Below are positions 1 to 9,171 of a stretch of DNA of 25,860 nt, piece by piece. Where the stretch lies: IMG/VR virus record IMGVR_UViG_3300020234_000034, positions 1 through 25,860 of that record. One strand, 5' to 3'. Position numbers and translations under genes: made by a program. This DNA is from a virus (lineage: Duplodnaviria; Caudoviricetes). Every line of letters starts with the position of its first letter. The first letter of the stretch is position 1. The notes beneath the pieces were generated by a model. It ran no database searches. It had not been told where the DNA came from and was given only the letters and a program-made list of their open reading frames with translations.

Positions 1-22
1 AAGTTTTGCATAGAGGTTTATC

Positions 23-1144
23 ATGGTAGCAAGTTTAACAGGTGAATTGGGAGCGGGGCTTAGATTAGGTCAGGGCTTAGGTCAAATGGCATCTCAAAGG
101 CAGCAGCAAAGGCTAGGCGCTCAACAGCAAGAGCTATTAGGAGGACTGCGTAGGCAGTCTTTAGGATTGGGTGGTGCTACACCTCAACAACAACAACAAG
201 CATCACTTGAATTATTATCTGCTGATCCAGTAGGTTCTAAAAAATTCTTTGATAGCTTTAGCTCATTAACTACCCGAGATCAGGAATTAACCAAAGAGAG
301 AAACAGTAAAATAGGTTTAGCAGGTTCTAATTTGTTGCAATTTGATGATAGCCAGTTAAATGCAGCTACTTTACAGGCGGCTAGAGCCTTTGCTAATTCA
401 GGTGATGAAGATTCTGCTAATAGGGCCTTGCAGCTCTCTCAATTACCACCAGAAGAGCTTAGGCCGAGATTAGAGGCTTTAACTACTCAATCTCGTGATA
501 TCGAGCAAGTTATTGCTAGTGGTGAGAAGAAAGCTAAATCACTGGTTGATCAAAGCCAAAAAGAATTAGATAACGACATTAAGAAGTCTAAAGATGATTT
601 CGATAAAATTGATAAGTTAAGAAAGGGAGTACTTTCAATAAGTAAGGAGTTTACTAAAGTTAGAGATGCTAACAACAGAATCGAGGCTATTTTTGATACA
701 AATAAAAATCCTAAAATATCTGCTGATTTTGCTGCATTAGCTAGGTCTAATCCTAACGCTATTAAGGACTTAACCGATAGCACAGAGGCTTTTGGTGATA
801 TGGCTCTGATATTTAACTTTATGAAGATGCTTGATCCAGGTTCAACAGTTCGAGAGGGTGAATTTGCGACTGCTGCCAATACTGGTGGTGCTGATGAGAA
901 GCTTATTAACTTTTATAATAACGCCTTGAAAGGTACTCGATTAACCGAAGCTCAAAGGGCTGGTCTAAGGTCTCAGGCTACTGGTTTATTCGGTAAAGCT
1001 AAAACTCAAAATGATAAAGATTTGAAAAGGTTTAGAAATAGCGCTGAAGCTTTTGGGCTTCCACAAGATCAGATATTCGAGACAGTTGATGATCTTTCTA
1101 GTGTATCTGAAGAAGAATTAATTAAAGCGGCTCAAGGTGGTTAA
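23..1144 (+). CDS. DNA ejection / internal virion protein (P22 gp20-like position)
   Basis: GAGG RBS at 14-17. Gly/Gln-rich N-terminus and helical body. C-terminal GDMALIFNFMKMLDPGSTVREGEF resembles podovirus ejection proteins. Lies directly upstream of a larger ejection-like gene and the tail gene. Confidence 0.6.
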   Translation: MVASLTGELGAGLRLGQGLGQMASQRQQQRLGAQQQELLGGLRRQSLGLGGATPQQQQQASLELLSADPVGSKKFFDSFSSLTTRDQELTKERNSKIGLAGSNLLQFDDSQLNAATLQAARAFANSGDEDSANRALQLSQLPPEELRPRLEALTTQSRDIEQVIASGEKKAKSLVDQSQKELDNDIKKSKDDFDKIDKLRKGVLSISKEFTKVRDANNRIEAIFDTNKNPKISADFAALARSNPNAIKDLTDSTEAFGDMALIFNFMKMLDPGSTVREGEFATAANTGGADEKLINFYNNALKGTRLTEAQRAGLRSQATGLFGKAKTQNDKDLKRFRNSAEAFGLPQDQIFETVDDLSSVSEEELIKAAQGG

Positions 1145-1146
1145 TC

Positions 1147-3162
1147 ATGGCTAATGGTATATCCCCAGAAGCGGCACGAGCTGAATTAGCTAGAAGAAAG
1201 GGTATAAACCCTGATGCTGCTCGTGCTGAGTTGGAAAGAAGAGGTATTGCTATTCCAGACGCTGCTCCTGTTGTTGCTCCTGCTCCACAACCAGAGGCTG
1301 GTTTTTTTGAATCACTTCAAGAAAGCGTCACTGGCTCCCAAAGGCAAGCGGCACTTCCTGAAGATGTTCAACAATTACCAGAACTAGGTAGCTTAACAAG
1401 CCCTGTTTCCACTGGTGAGTTTGGTAGTGATATTCAAATTGCTGCTGGACTTTTAACAAGTTTCGACCCTAAAGCAAGAATGGATATTATCCGTGATGCT
1501 GTTCCCGGTGTTGAGTTTGAGCAGGTAAATGATACTACTGTCGTTAAACTTCCTAATGGCCAGCAAGCGGTTTTAAATGCCCCCGGCTTAAGTCAATCAG
1601 ATATTGTTAGCGGTATTGCTCAGGTTTTAGCATTTAGCCCAGCTGGAAGGATAGGAGCTTTAGGTAGAAATTTAGCACAAAGAGTAGGTTTAGGCGCTGT
1701 TACTTCTGGAGCTACAGAGGCTGCCTTGCAAGGAGCTTCTAAAGCATTAGGTAGCGAACAAGAAATTGATAAAGTCCAGATTGCCACGGCTGCTGGATTA
1801 GGACCTGTGGCAGAATTAGGGACAGCTGCCGTTACTGGTGGTAAACGATTGGTAGAAGCTTCAAAACAAGCGATCCCTGAACAGGTTGCTAATGCTTTGG
1901 ATAAAGGGCTTGTATTTACTTCTGATTTATTTGAGCCTGATAGCTTTCTTGGTGCTAATTTACAGAGATTGGCTGAAAAAATACCTGTTATTGGGACAGG
2001 GCCTATTAGAAGCATTCAACAGAATGAAAGGGTGCAAGCTGTAAGAGATTTGGCTGGTGAGTTTGATGTTGATATTGACTCATCATTTGAAGAAGACATT
2101 ATATCATCTGCGACTAAGGTATTTGAAGGCGCTCAAAAAAGGGCTAAAACCTTTAGAAAAGATGCTGTTAAAGAGCTTGTTAAGGGTGGGGAAGTTGATG
2201 TTAATAACGCCAAAGCGGTTGTTGCTGATGAGATAGCCAAGCAAAAAGGTTTAGGTGATAGAGCAAGTCAACCTTTGATTAAATCTCTAGAATCGATTGA
2301 GAAAGAATTATCTGGTGATTTTAAGCGTATTGGTGATATTAGAACGACTATTCACAATGAGATTTCTGATATAAACAAGCCTAATAATGTGCTTCCATCG
2401 TCTGCGGAAGCCATATTGAATAATGTTAGAAGTGCTATTACTTCTGATATGAAAAGCTTTGCTGGTGATTTTTCTAAACAAGCCAGAGAAGAGGGTGATA
2501 AATTAGGTGCCAAGGCACTATCTAAATGGAATGCATCAAACCGTATTTTTGCAGATGGTTTTCAAAAGGCCAAAGATACCCAGCTTAAAAAGGTTCTATC
2601 TAAAGGTGAAGCAACTCCCGAGGTTGTTTTGACGACTATTCGTGGTGGTAAGGTTTCGGACCTTAACCGACTTAACACGAATCTAGATGCTGGCGGCAAA
2701 CAAGCGGTTAGGCAAACTATTATTCGTGATGCCCTCGATAAAGCCACAAAAGGTGGTGTGGAGGAAGTAAATCCTACTATATTCATCAATGAGCTAAACC
2801 GTAAAAATAACAGGAAAGCCACTAAGGTATTCTTTAAGGGCAATGCCGGGAAAGAGCTTGAAGGTTTAAAATTGTTTTTGAACTCAACTAAAAGAGCTCA
2901 ACAGGCTGGTACATTAACGCCAACAGGTCAAGAATTATTGGCTCCTGCTACTGGTATTTTGCTGGGTGTTTCTGCTCCAGTTTCGGCTCCAGTTTTGGGT
3001 ACCATAGCGGGTGGTGCAAGAATATTTGAAAGCCCGACAGTTAGAGATTTAATGATTAAATTAGGGCAGACTAGTTCTAAAGAAGGTAAAGAGAAATTGA
3101 TTAGAAAGCTTCAGCCTTTGATTTTAGAGGAATCACGACGACTTAATGCAGAGGATAAATAG
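1147..3162 (+). CDS. DNA ejection / DNA transfer protein (P22 gp16-like)
   Basis: 671 aa, Ala/Gly-rich and helical, with duplicated N-terminal AARAELxRR. C-terminal 'GGARIFESPTVRDLMIKL' and internal 'LNAPGLSQSD' resemble gp16-type proteins. Synteny with the tail gene. Confidence 0.7.
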   Translation: MANGISPEAARAELARRKGINPDAARAELERRGIAIPDAAPVVAPAPQPEAGFFESLQESVTGSQRQAALPEDVQQLPELGSLTSPVSTGEFGSDIQIAAGLLTSFDPKARMDIIRDAVPGVEFEQVNDTTVVKLPNGQQAVLNAPGLSQSDIVSGIAQVLAFSPAGRIGALGRNLAQRVGLGAVTSGATEAALQGASKALGSEQEIDKVQIATAAGLGPVAELGTAAVTGGKRLVEASKQAIPEQVANALDKGLVFTSDLFEPDSFLGANLQRLAEKIPVIGTGPIRSIQQNERVQAVRDLAGEFDVDIDSSFEEDIISSATKVFEGAQKRAKTFRKDAVKELVKGGEVDVNNAKAVVADEIAKQKGLGDRASQPLIKSLESIEKELSGDFKRIGDIRTTIHNEISDINKPNNVLPSSAEAILNNVRSAITSDMKSFAGDFSKQAREEGDKLGAKALSKWNASNRIFADGFQKAKDTQLKKVLSKGEATPEVVLTTIRGGKVSDLNRLNTNLDAGGKQAVRQTIIRDALDKATKGGVEEVNPTIFINELNRKNNRKATKVFFKGNAGKELEGLKLFLNSTKRAQQAGTLTPTGQELLAPATGILLGVSAPVSAPVLGTIAGGARIFESPTVRDLMIKLGQTSSKEGKEKLIRKLQPLILEESRRLNAEDK

Positions 3163-3293
3163 TAATAATCTTGGGCAATGCAGGCCATACAAAGCACCCA
3201 AAAAGCTAGCATCATGTAGAAGTTTTCATGGTAAAAGGCCACAGCTAGACAGAATAGAGTTGAGAGTATTATTGAGTTGAATATTTTATCCAT
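3111..3293 (-). CDS. Small two-TM membrane protein, candidate superinfection-exclusion moron (60 aa; re-called start ATG 3293)
   Basis: MDKIFNSIILSTLFCLAVAFYHENFYMMLAFWVLCMACIAQD... has two hydrophobic segments. It fills the gap between the ejection and tail genes on the opposite strand and has a promoter immediately upstream. Confidence 0.55.
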   Translation of the reverse strand: MDKIFNSIILSTLFCLAVAFYHENFYMMLAFWVLCMACIAQDYYYLSSALSRRDSSKIKG

Positions 3294-3299
3294 TAACGA

Positions 3300-3327
3300 A
3301 GTATAACCATAAAATAGAGTAAGTAAA
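3300..3327 (-). promoter_or_regulatory. Sigma70-like promoter, probably giving a leaderless mRNA for 3111-3293
   Basis: Minus strand TTTACT-N16-TATACT, then 6 nt, then ATG. No Shine-Dalgarno sequence. Confidence 0.45.
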
Positions 3328-4923
3328 ATGGCAGGAAAATACACAGATACACATCCACAATTTACCGTCTTTGTAAATGGTAGTTTTGCGCCAGCCGCAG
3401 ATGGTGAGGTCGAGTTTTTCACGGTTGGGAATACTGGTATTGGTAATAGGAAGGATACTTATTCTGATCCAGCATTAACCATTCCAAACCCTAATCCAGT
3501 TCCTTTAGATGGTTTTGGTCGGAGTATCAACCCTATATTTCTTTTAGGCAGTTATAATACAGTAATTCGTGATTCTGAAGGAAATCAGTTAGATGAGGTT
3601 GATAATGTGTCTGGCCCGACTGATGCAGAGGGAGTTCCTTCTCAGGTTGTAGATTTAGCGGCTGATTTAAAGCCAATAGATACTACAGATTTCCAATCGG
3701 TTTATGTTTTAGGTACAACAGTAATAGGTGATGGTGGTCAGGGGCATTTCTATTTTAGTTCAACTTCAACAGAATCAGATAATGGAGTTGATATTATAGA
3801 GCCTGATGTAGGTGGTGGACGCTGGCTTTTACAAAATAATGCTCATAATTCAATTTATAGCCAAGATGCATCGGGAACAACAGATGTATTTACAATAGCA
3901 CCTACGCCGGGAGTAATCGATTTAGATGGATCAAGGGTTTATTTTGTGCGTAGCTTAGGGGCAAATACTTTAAGCTCTCCGACTTTCCAAGTAGGAACAT
4001 CGGCTGCTAAAAGCTTAAGAAGGCATGATGTTGCAGTAATGCAGATTGGGGATACTGGTCCGTCAGGTTATGAGATGATTTTAAAACTAAGGACTAACGA
4101 ATCGGCTTATACCCTTTTAAATCCTTACATTAATATTGATGGCCAATTTCTAGTAAATTCAATTAATGCTGATAAGTTGGTAAATCAGACCGTTGATACA
4201 TTACAATTAACAAATGGAGCGGCCACAAATTTAAAATTAGATAATATGGGCGCATCTACAGTTAAAGCAAATTTATCAGGAGGCTCAGCCGTACCTAGCG
4301 ATGAACCTTTAACAACTTTCAAATCTGCGTTAAATATAACAGCCGGGGATGTTTCTGGACTTGGCCCCTTTGCCCCATCAACTAAAACTACTATTGTAAA
4401 TACAGACCTTGTTAATAATAATATTAATTATGAAAAATTAGTTAATCTTACTGGACCGGGGGTGTTAGGTAGAAATTCTGCTGGGTCCGTTACAGAGCTT
4501 CTGCTTCAGACAAACATGGTTAATAGTGATGCTATAACTTATGACAAGATTCAAAATGTAGTTAATGATCAAAGGATTTTAGGAAATGTAGCTGGAGCAG
4601 GTGGTATTGTTAGTGAATTGACTCTTCAGAATATATTAACTTTTCTTGGTGTTTCTGGATCAGTAGCAGCGGAGTCTATAAATATTGTTATACCAATAAC
4701 GGATTCAGTTAGTATTAGGATATCGGGAGGTCATCAAGATATCAATTTAACTGACACTGTAAATTTCCCAACAACTTTCGGGGCTGTACCTATAGTGATG
4801 TTTCAATTATTAGGCTCTGGCGATAACATTATGACGGACACAGTGACTACTACAGGTTTTGGAACTGCAAGCGCAAGCGTATCTCTTAGACCAATTTATT
4901 ATTTAGCAATTGGCTTGGCTTAA
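3328..4923 (+). CDS. Tail fiber/tailspike-like receptor-binding protein
   Basis: N-terminal virion-attachment-like region (YSDPALTIPNPNPVPLDGFGR) and a DGGQGHF...DNGVDII...GRW tailspike N-domain motif. Three degenerate internal repeats (KLDNMGASTVKANLSGG / KLVNLTGPGVLGRNSAG / KIQNVVNDQRILGNVAG). C-terminal VNFPTTF...YYLAIG tip domain. Confidence 0.75.
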   Translation: MAGKYTDTHPQFTVFVNGSFAPAADGEVEFFTVGNTGIGNRKDTYSDPALTIPNPNPVPLDGFGRSINPIFLLGSYNTVIRDSEGNQLDEVDNVSGPTDAEGVPSQVVDLAADLKPIDTTDFQSVYVLGTTVIGDGGQGHFYFSSTSTESDNGVDIIEPDVGGGRWLLQNNAHNSIYSQDASGTTDVFTIAPTPGVIDLDGSRVYFVRSLGANTLSSPTFQVGTSAAKSLRRHDVAVMQIGDTGPSGYEMILKLRTNESAYTLLNPYINIDGQFLVNSINADKLVNQTVDTLQLTNGAATNLKLDNMGASTVKANLSGGSAVPSDEPLTTFKSALNITAGDVSGLGPFAPSTKTTIVNTDLVNNNINYEKLVNLTGPGVLGRNSAGSVTELLLQTNMVNSDAITYDKIQNVVNDQRILGNVAGAGGIVSELTLQNILTFLGVSGSVAAESINIVIPITDSVSIRISGGHQDINLTDTVNFPTTFGAVPIVMFQLLGSGDNIMTDTVTTTGFGTASASVSLRPIYYLAIGLA

Positions 4924-4959
4924 TAATTATAAATAATTTAGATTCTTAGGAGTATTAAA

Positions 4960-5172
4960 ATGGCACGATCAAATTACACAAAATTATATGTTGGAGAAGA
5001 TTATAATTCTGCTCCTGAAACTGAATCAGATATTGAGTGTAAAGTTTTTAGAAATACGCCTATAACTACGGTTCAGAGAGATGCTTTAACGGCTGAAGCT
5101 GGCATGGAAATATATAATTCAGATTCTAATCAATTTGAATTTTATAATGGTACTGTTTGGGGGGCTTCTTAA
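4960..5172 (+). CDS. 70-aa virion adaptor-like protein, paralogous to the N-terminus of the next gene
   Basis: AGGAG RBS. TTVQRDAL...GMEIYNSDSNQFEFYNGTVW is a motif common in phage tail/adaptor proteins. TAATG coupling to the next ORF. Confidence 0.7.
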   Translation: MARSNYTKLYVGEDYNSAPETESDIECKVFRNTPITTVQRDALTAEAGMEIYNSDSNQFEFYNGTVWGAS

Positions 5173-7277
5173 TGCCTAGGACTAACTTTACAAAGCTTGG
5201 GATAGTAGGAACAAATGAAACAAGTTCAGATATTGAGCTAATCGTTAAGCAATATCAGCCCATACCCGAGACAGAGAGAGATTCTTTATCTGCTGTTGAT
5301 GGTATGAAAATATACAATTCAGATACAAATACCCTGCAAGGTTATATTAATGGCTCTTGGGATGCCGCTATTCTATGCACAATGCTAGACTTGGCGAACG
5401 CTGGGCCACCTCCAACCAATGCAACTGTGGTCTATGACCCTGCGCCGAATACGAATAGAATGTCAATCACACGCATAGCAGCGGGAGGGGCTTCTTCTGC
5501 TTTTGGTGCGGATGTTGTAAATACGTTTGATCTTACTGGCTCGGTTCCTGTTGTTTTCTCTGTTAGTTGTCCTATGCCTAGTGTCTTAAATGATGGTGGT
5601 GCTTGCGGTTTAGCTATATTTGATTCAGTTGGGTTCACTGTGATCCAAGGTATTTCTTTCCATTTTGGCACAGGTTCAAATGGTCAGTTTAAAGACCCTA
5701 ACGGAACGCCCATAAGTGCTGCTAATATAGCTTATCCAACGACCCCTAAATACAAACTTCAAATTGAAGTACACGAAGACGGAAGCGCAACATACTCTGA
5801 TAACAACGGGCAATCAGGGTCACTCAGTAGTTCCGGCTCATTTACAGGTATAACATCAGCCCTAAGTACGTTTGGTGATGCCCCTGCTACGGCTGGAGGT
5901 TCAGTAGAACTTACATTAAATGGCGGCTCTGAGGCAATGCCTTTGCCGCTGACAGACCCTACCGCAGAAACTTGGTGTAATTTAACGCCAGTGGTTCAAG
6001 TACCTGAATATAAATTATTTGAAGTAAACCCGCCAGATTTAACGGTTTCATTAAGCAATTCAGATCGAACAATAAATGTTGTTAGTGACAATATCAACGA
6101 TTCTGATTATTTTTATTCTGCTGGTTGGCCCGTTTCGCTTATACCCATCACACAAGAAAACCCAAACGGCAATACTTTTGAATTTGAAGTAAATCAAAAC
6201 ACTACGAGCATAGGTTCTTTGTTGTTATTAGTAACATCTCAAACTGTATTAAGTACTCAACACATCATGGCATTTTCTGATACATCAAACGATAAATACC
6301 ACATGAGCATAGATGGCGGTTTATTAATGACTACGCCTATAGCAGCGGGGGACGTGGTTGCTATGCAAGTTTTTGATAACGGCGCGGCGGCTTCAGATAT
6401 CGGCTTTGTGTTTGCCCCTTCTGGCGGCACTCCTTTTGTGCTTGATACCTTTAGCGCAAGAGCTATTGATAAATTTACATTCGCTGCTGCAAGAACAGGG
6501 GGTTTTCCGGAGGCAATATCTAATGATCTGAGCATGACTTTCAATGGCAAAGAAGCTGATTACAGTTTTTCTAATTATCGGTCCGGCTCTGTAGATTACG
6601 AAGGCGACCCAATGCCAAGCAAAGTTTCACCATATACGAGAGTAGCAACTTGGTATGATCTTACATTTAATGTAAATCACAACACAGCGGGAATGACCGC
6701 AATAGTCAGCGGAGGTGGAAAAACATTAACATGCACTAGCTCAACTGCTGTTATGATTCAGGCTAGAGCTACATGCTCATCAGGAATTAAACCTAATACT
6801 GGTGTGGTTGCTGCTATGATGGGTATAACAACAGCCGATGCGTCAGGAACAGCACCAGAATTTAAGCTGACTGGGCTAGGTAATTCAACAATAGAAGTAG
6901 GTCATATAAGAATAGTCAGTGACGGTACAGATATAATACTAAGCATAAGAATACATAACACAACGACTGACACAGTTATAGCCTCTTCTACATCATTCAG
7001 TAGCGGTGATGTCGTGAGTCTTGAGCTTGATACCGTTGCACTTACTGCAAAAGGAATATATTTTGATGGTGTAACTGTCCATTCTACTGCTGCGGTCAGT
7101 TATGACGGGACTGGCGGCGAAGCTAAGACACTTTATCTACCCGCCGGAGGGGTAGAAGACTTACAGATAGGTGAGTTTTGTGTATTAGAAAATCAAAACT
7201 TAAACACAGATATGAACGCGACAGTTAAAGCAGCACTAACAGCCGGAGCTGTTGATATTTTAGGAAACACCATATGA
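5172..7277 (+). CDS. Second tail/receptor-binding or decoration protein with beta-rich (SPRY/lectin-like) domains; real start likely ATG 5172
   Basis: TAATG overlap with the upstream stop. N-terminal adaptor motif. Thr/Ser/Gly-rich beta-strand composition with repeated 'SLSNSDRT...GDVVAM' and 'VSGGGKT...GDVVSL' patterns. Confidence 0.6.
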   Translation: MPRTNFTKLGIVGTNETSSDIELIVKQYQPIPETERDSLSAVDGMKIYNSDTNTLQGYINGSWDAAILCTMLDLANAGPPPTNATVVYDPAPNTNRMSITRIAAGGASSAFGADVVNTFDLTGSVPVVFSVSCPMPSVLNDGGACGLAIFDSVGFTVIQGISFHFGTGSNGQFKDPNGTPISAANIAYPTTPKYKLQIEVHEDGSATYSDNNGQSGSLSSSGSFTGITSALSTFGDAPATAGGSVELTLNGGSEAMPLPLTDPTAETWCNLTPVVQVPEYKLFEVNPPDLTVSLSNSDRTINVVSDNINDSDYFYSAGWPVSLIPITQENPNGNTFEFEVNQNTTSIGSLLLLVTSQTVLSTQHIMAFSDTSNDKYHMSIDGGLLMTTPIAAGDVVAMQVFDNGAAASDIGFVFAPSGGTPFVLDTFSARAIDKFTFAAARTGGFPEAISNDLSMTFNGKEADYSFSNYRSGSVDYEGDPMPSKVSPYTRVATWYDLTFNVNHNTAGMTAIVSGGGKTLTCTSSTAVMIQARATCSSGIKPNTGVVAAMMGITTADASGTAPEFKLTGLGNSTIEVGHIRIVSDGTDIILSIRIHNTTTDTVIASSTSFSSGDVVSLELDTVALTAKGIYFDGVTVHSTAAVSYDGTGGEAKTLYLPAGGVEDLQIGEFCVLENQNLNTDMNATVKAALTAGAVDILGNTI

Positions 7278-7423
7278 TTTTAATTATAAAAAAAACTAAA
7301 GAATACCCTTTAGAAATCGCTATACCTATACTTGAAGAGGATGGAAGACCAAAAGATAACTCTTTGGCCATACGAGTTTTTGACGATCCAGAAAATTACA
7401 AAGACAAATATGAGATATTATGA
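7274..7423 (+). CDS. 49-aa hypothetical protein (possible tail-fiber chaperone); not in ORF track
   Basis: MILIIKKTKEYPLEIAIPILEEDGRPKDNSLAIRVFDDPENYKDKYEIL, with ATGA overlaps at both ends (7274-7277 and 7420-7423). Confidence 0.65.
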   Translation: MILIIKKTKEYPLEIAIPILEEDGRPKDNSLAIRVFDDPENYKDKYEIL

Positions 7424-7743
7424 GTTTTGATGCTTTAAATGAGCTAATAGCCCCTTTAATAGCCTTTGTCGCTTCAATGACTGCCTTGGGTGGTGTTGTG
7501 GCGTATTTAAAGAAAAACATGAATCAAGGTATGGCTACAAAAACGGAGCTGTCAGAGGGGTTAGAGAGCGTTAAAAAGTCTAATCAGAATTATACAGATA
7601 TTAAGCTTGAAGACTTGGATAAAGATCTGGATGAAAAAGATTCATCAAATAAAAAATGGCTTGGTACTATTCAAGATAAGCTGGAAACGGCGAAAGAAGA
7701 TATCAAGGGTTTAGAAACGGCTATCGATTTTTTAAAAAAATAG
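7420..7743 (+). CDS. Single-TM coiled-coil protein (lysis-module membrane protein, holin/antiholin-like)
   Basis: N-terminal TM LIAPLIAFVASMTALGGVVAYL followed by a charged coiled coil; upstream of holin and spanin candidates. Confidence 0.5.
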   Translation: MSFDALNELIAPLIAFVASMTALGGVVAYLKKNMNQGMATKTELSEGLESVKKSNQNYTDIKLEDLDKDLDEKDSSNKKWLGTIQDKLETAKEDIKGLETAIDFLKK

Positions 7744-7750
7744 GTTTTAT

Positions 7751-7957
7751 ATGGACATCACAGGAAAAAGAAAAATCATAATGATGGGTATATCATATTC
7801 TTGCGTTTCTATATTGACGCTTGCTTATATATTTGTGATGGCTCATCTAAAATTAGAGCCCTCATCTACTGTTTTGATGGTTATTTTCGGCATTCTTGGC
7901 GGTGGTCATATGACAGCAAACCAGGCGAACAGCCACGAACATAAGAAAAATGTTTAA
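7751..7957 (+). CDS. Putative holin (2 TM)
   Basis: 68 aa with a basic N-terminus (GKRK), two hydrophobic helices and a charged tail; immediately before the spanin pair. Confidence 0.55.
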   Translation: MDITGKRKIIMMGISYSCVSILTLAYIFVMAHLKLEPSSTVLMVIFGILGGGHMTANQANSHEHKKNV

Positions 7958-8276
7958 TCAATACAAGATATATATATTGCTTGGTGCATTTGCGGCATCA
8001 AACTTATTTACAGCTTGGGCAACGTATCAAGTACAATCAGGGAAAAACGCTAAAAAGGAAATTCAAGTAATAATTGAAAAGGTTGATAATCACAATGAGG
8101 ATATCATCACACTGGCGAAACATTCAGAAACAATTGCAAAAATGGAGAGAGAGTTTGAGCGGTCGATTCGCGCTATTCCTCGGGTTAATACTATTAATAA
8201 TTGCTCTGTTGATGAATTCAAGCGGGTGTACAACGAAGCCAACCGAGCTGCTAATTCAATGTCTATCAAGGACTGA
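7950..8276 (+). CDS. Inner-membrane spanin (Rz-like)
   Basis: N-terminal TM, periplasmic coiled coil and a C-terminal Cys; overlapped by a +1-frame lipoprotein gene. Confidence 0.7.
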   Translation: MFNQYKIYILLGAFAASNLFTAWATYQVQSGKNAKKEIQVIIEKVDNHNEDIITLAKHSETIAKMEREFERSIRAIPRVNTINNCSVDEFKRVYNEANRAANSMSIKD

Positions 8277-8409
8277 GGGGCGTGTGTGTAAGGATTTAGT
8301 TGATTGGACGGATGATGGAAGTGCATTTATTGAAAATGCTTCTAGTTATTATGAGTGTAAATCTTTGCTTTTGATGGCTCAAGAAGACATTAAGCAATGC
8401 AATGATTAG
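8155..8409 (+). CDS. Outer-membrane lipoprotein spanin (Rz1-like), overlapping the i-spanin; likely TTG start at 8155
   Basis: In frame with track ORF 8074-8409. GGAGAG upstream of TTG 8155. Signal peptide FALFLGLILLIIALLMN then lipobox-like SSG-C, plus three further Cys. Confidence 0.7.
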   Translation: MSGRFALFLGLILLIIALLMNSSGCTTKPTELLIQCLSRTEGRVCKDLVDWTDDGSAFIENASSYYECKSLLLMAQEDIKQCND

Positions 8410-8606
8410 CCTTTTAGCTTTTCTCTAATAAGTATCAATGTATATATTCCGGCTAATGTAGAGACAATTAGCGGCATAAATACATGCAGAGAGGTATAAT
8501 CAACGGCGCAACTTTGAGATGTAACGTAAATGGCTGAGGCTGGTCCCGATCCTACAGCCAAACCTTTAAGGGTCGCTGTCCCTTCGATTGCGTTTTGATG
8601 GTCCAT
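8406..8606 (-). CDS. Small membrane protein (C-terminal TM, basic tail; holin-like topology)
   Basis: FMPLIVSTLAGIYTLILI followed by REKLKG. Last gene of the leftward arm, convergent with the o-spanin. Confidence 0.6.
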   Translation of the reverse strand: MDHQNAIEGTATLKGLAVGSGPASAIYVTSQSCAVDYTSLHVFMPLIVSTLAGIYTLILIREKLKG

Positions 8607-8608
8607 GT

Positions 8609-9085
8609 TTAAAAAACCCTCTGTAGATGTGGATAGTTATTGAAGCGAATAAATAAATGCCTAGAGAGATATTCCCTAATTCGCTTAAAATTATCTGTGA
8701 CATATCCATCAAGCAACCTTGTAGGCATTGCTAACAGTACGGTTATCTCAGCTATCGTTGTGAGATATGTTGCACGTTCGTATAAATCAAAGCCTGAATC
8801 AATTTCTAAATAACTAAAATTGATCATACCTAAGATGTTGATAAATATACATGATGTCATAATGCCACATATTACCATAGACCAATTCCTTTGTGAATTT
8901 TGCAAGCAAACAAGGATTATTATGGCGGGGGGAATAATTGCCATAAGGTAGAAGTTTATTCCTTGAAAATCAGTAAAACAGTTGAGTAAATTCACCCAAA
9001 AAAAGAGGGAGGCTATATCTGCCTTTCTTTCATCGTTAGAGTTGATAATAAAAAGAATAAAAAAAATAGAGGCAAATAAGAGCAT
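8609..9085 (-). CDS. Multi-pass (about 5 TM) membrane protein of unknown function
   Basis: 158 aa with several 18-22 aa hydrophobic stretches; TAATG-coupled to the upstream peptide. Confidence 0.75.
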   Translation of the reverse strand: MLLFASIFFILFIINSNDERKADIASLFFWVNLLNCFTDFQGINFYLMAIIPPAIIILVCLQNSQRNWSMVICGIMTSCIFINILGMINFSYLEIDSGFDLYERATYLTTIAEITVLLAMPTRLLDGYVTDNFKRIREYLSRHLFIRFNNYPHLQRVF

Positions 9086-9171
9086 TATTTCCTTTTTGAC
9101 TTGCTAGATTTAGCGGTTTTTTTAGTTTTCTTGCTCTTTCTTGGTGCTTTCTTGCCATTATTCATTGACAT
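9085..9171 (-). CDS. 28-aa highly basic peptide (MSMNNGKKAPRKSKKTKKTAKSSKSKRK); not in ORF track
   Basis: Strong TAAGGAG RBS. Stop overlaps the start of the membrane gene (TAATG). Extended -10 TGTTACAAT at 9201-9209 (minus strand). Confidence 0.65.
   Translation of the reverse strand: MSMNNGKKAPRKSKKTKKTAKSSKSKRK

Noticed and set aside
185-199. (CAA)5 microsatellite
   Set aside because: Short in-frame poly-Gln in a Gln-rich N-terminus; unremarkable.
550-2843. Antisense ORFs 550-879, 1620-2015 and 2562-2843
   Set aside because: Fully inside long + strand ejection genes, with no RBS or recognisable motifs.
5432-6550. Antisense ORFs 5432-5671 and 6257-6550
   Set aside because: Shadows of the tail protein gene.
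7326-8326. Antisense ORFs 7326-7520 and 8090-8326
   Set aside because: They overlap tightly coupled + strand genes (49-aa ORF, lysis genes).
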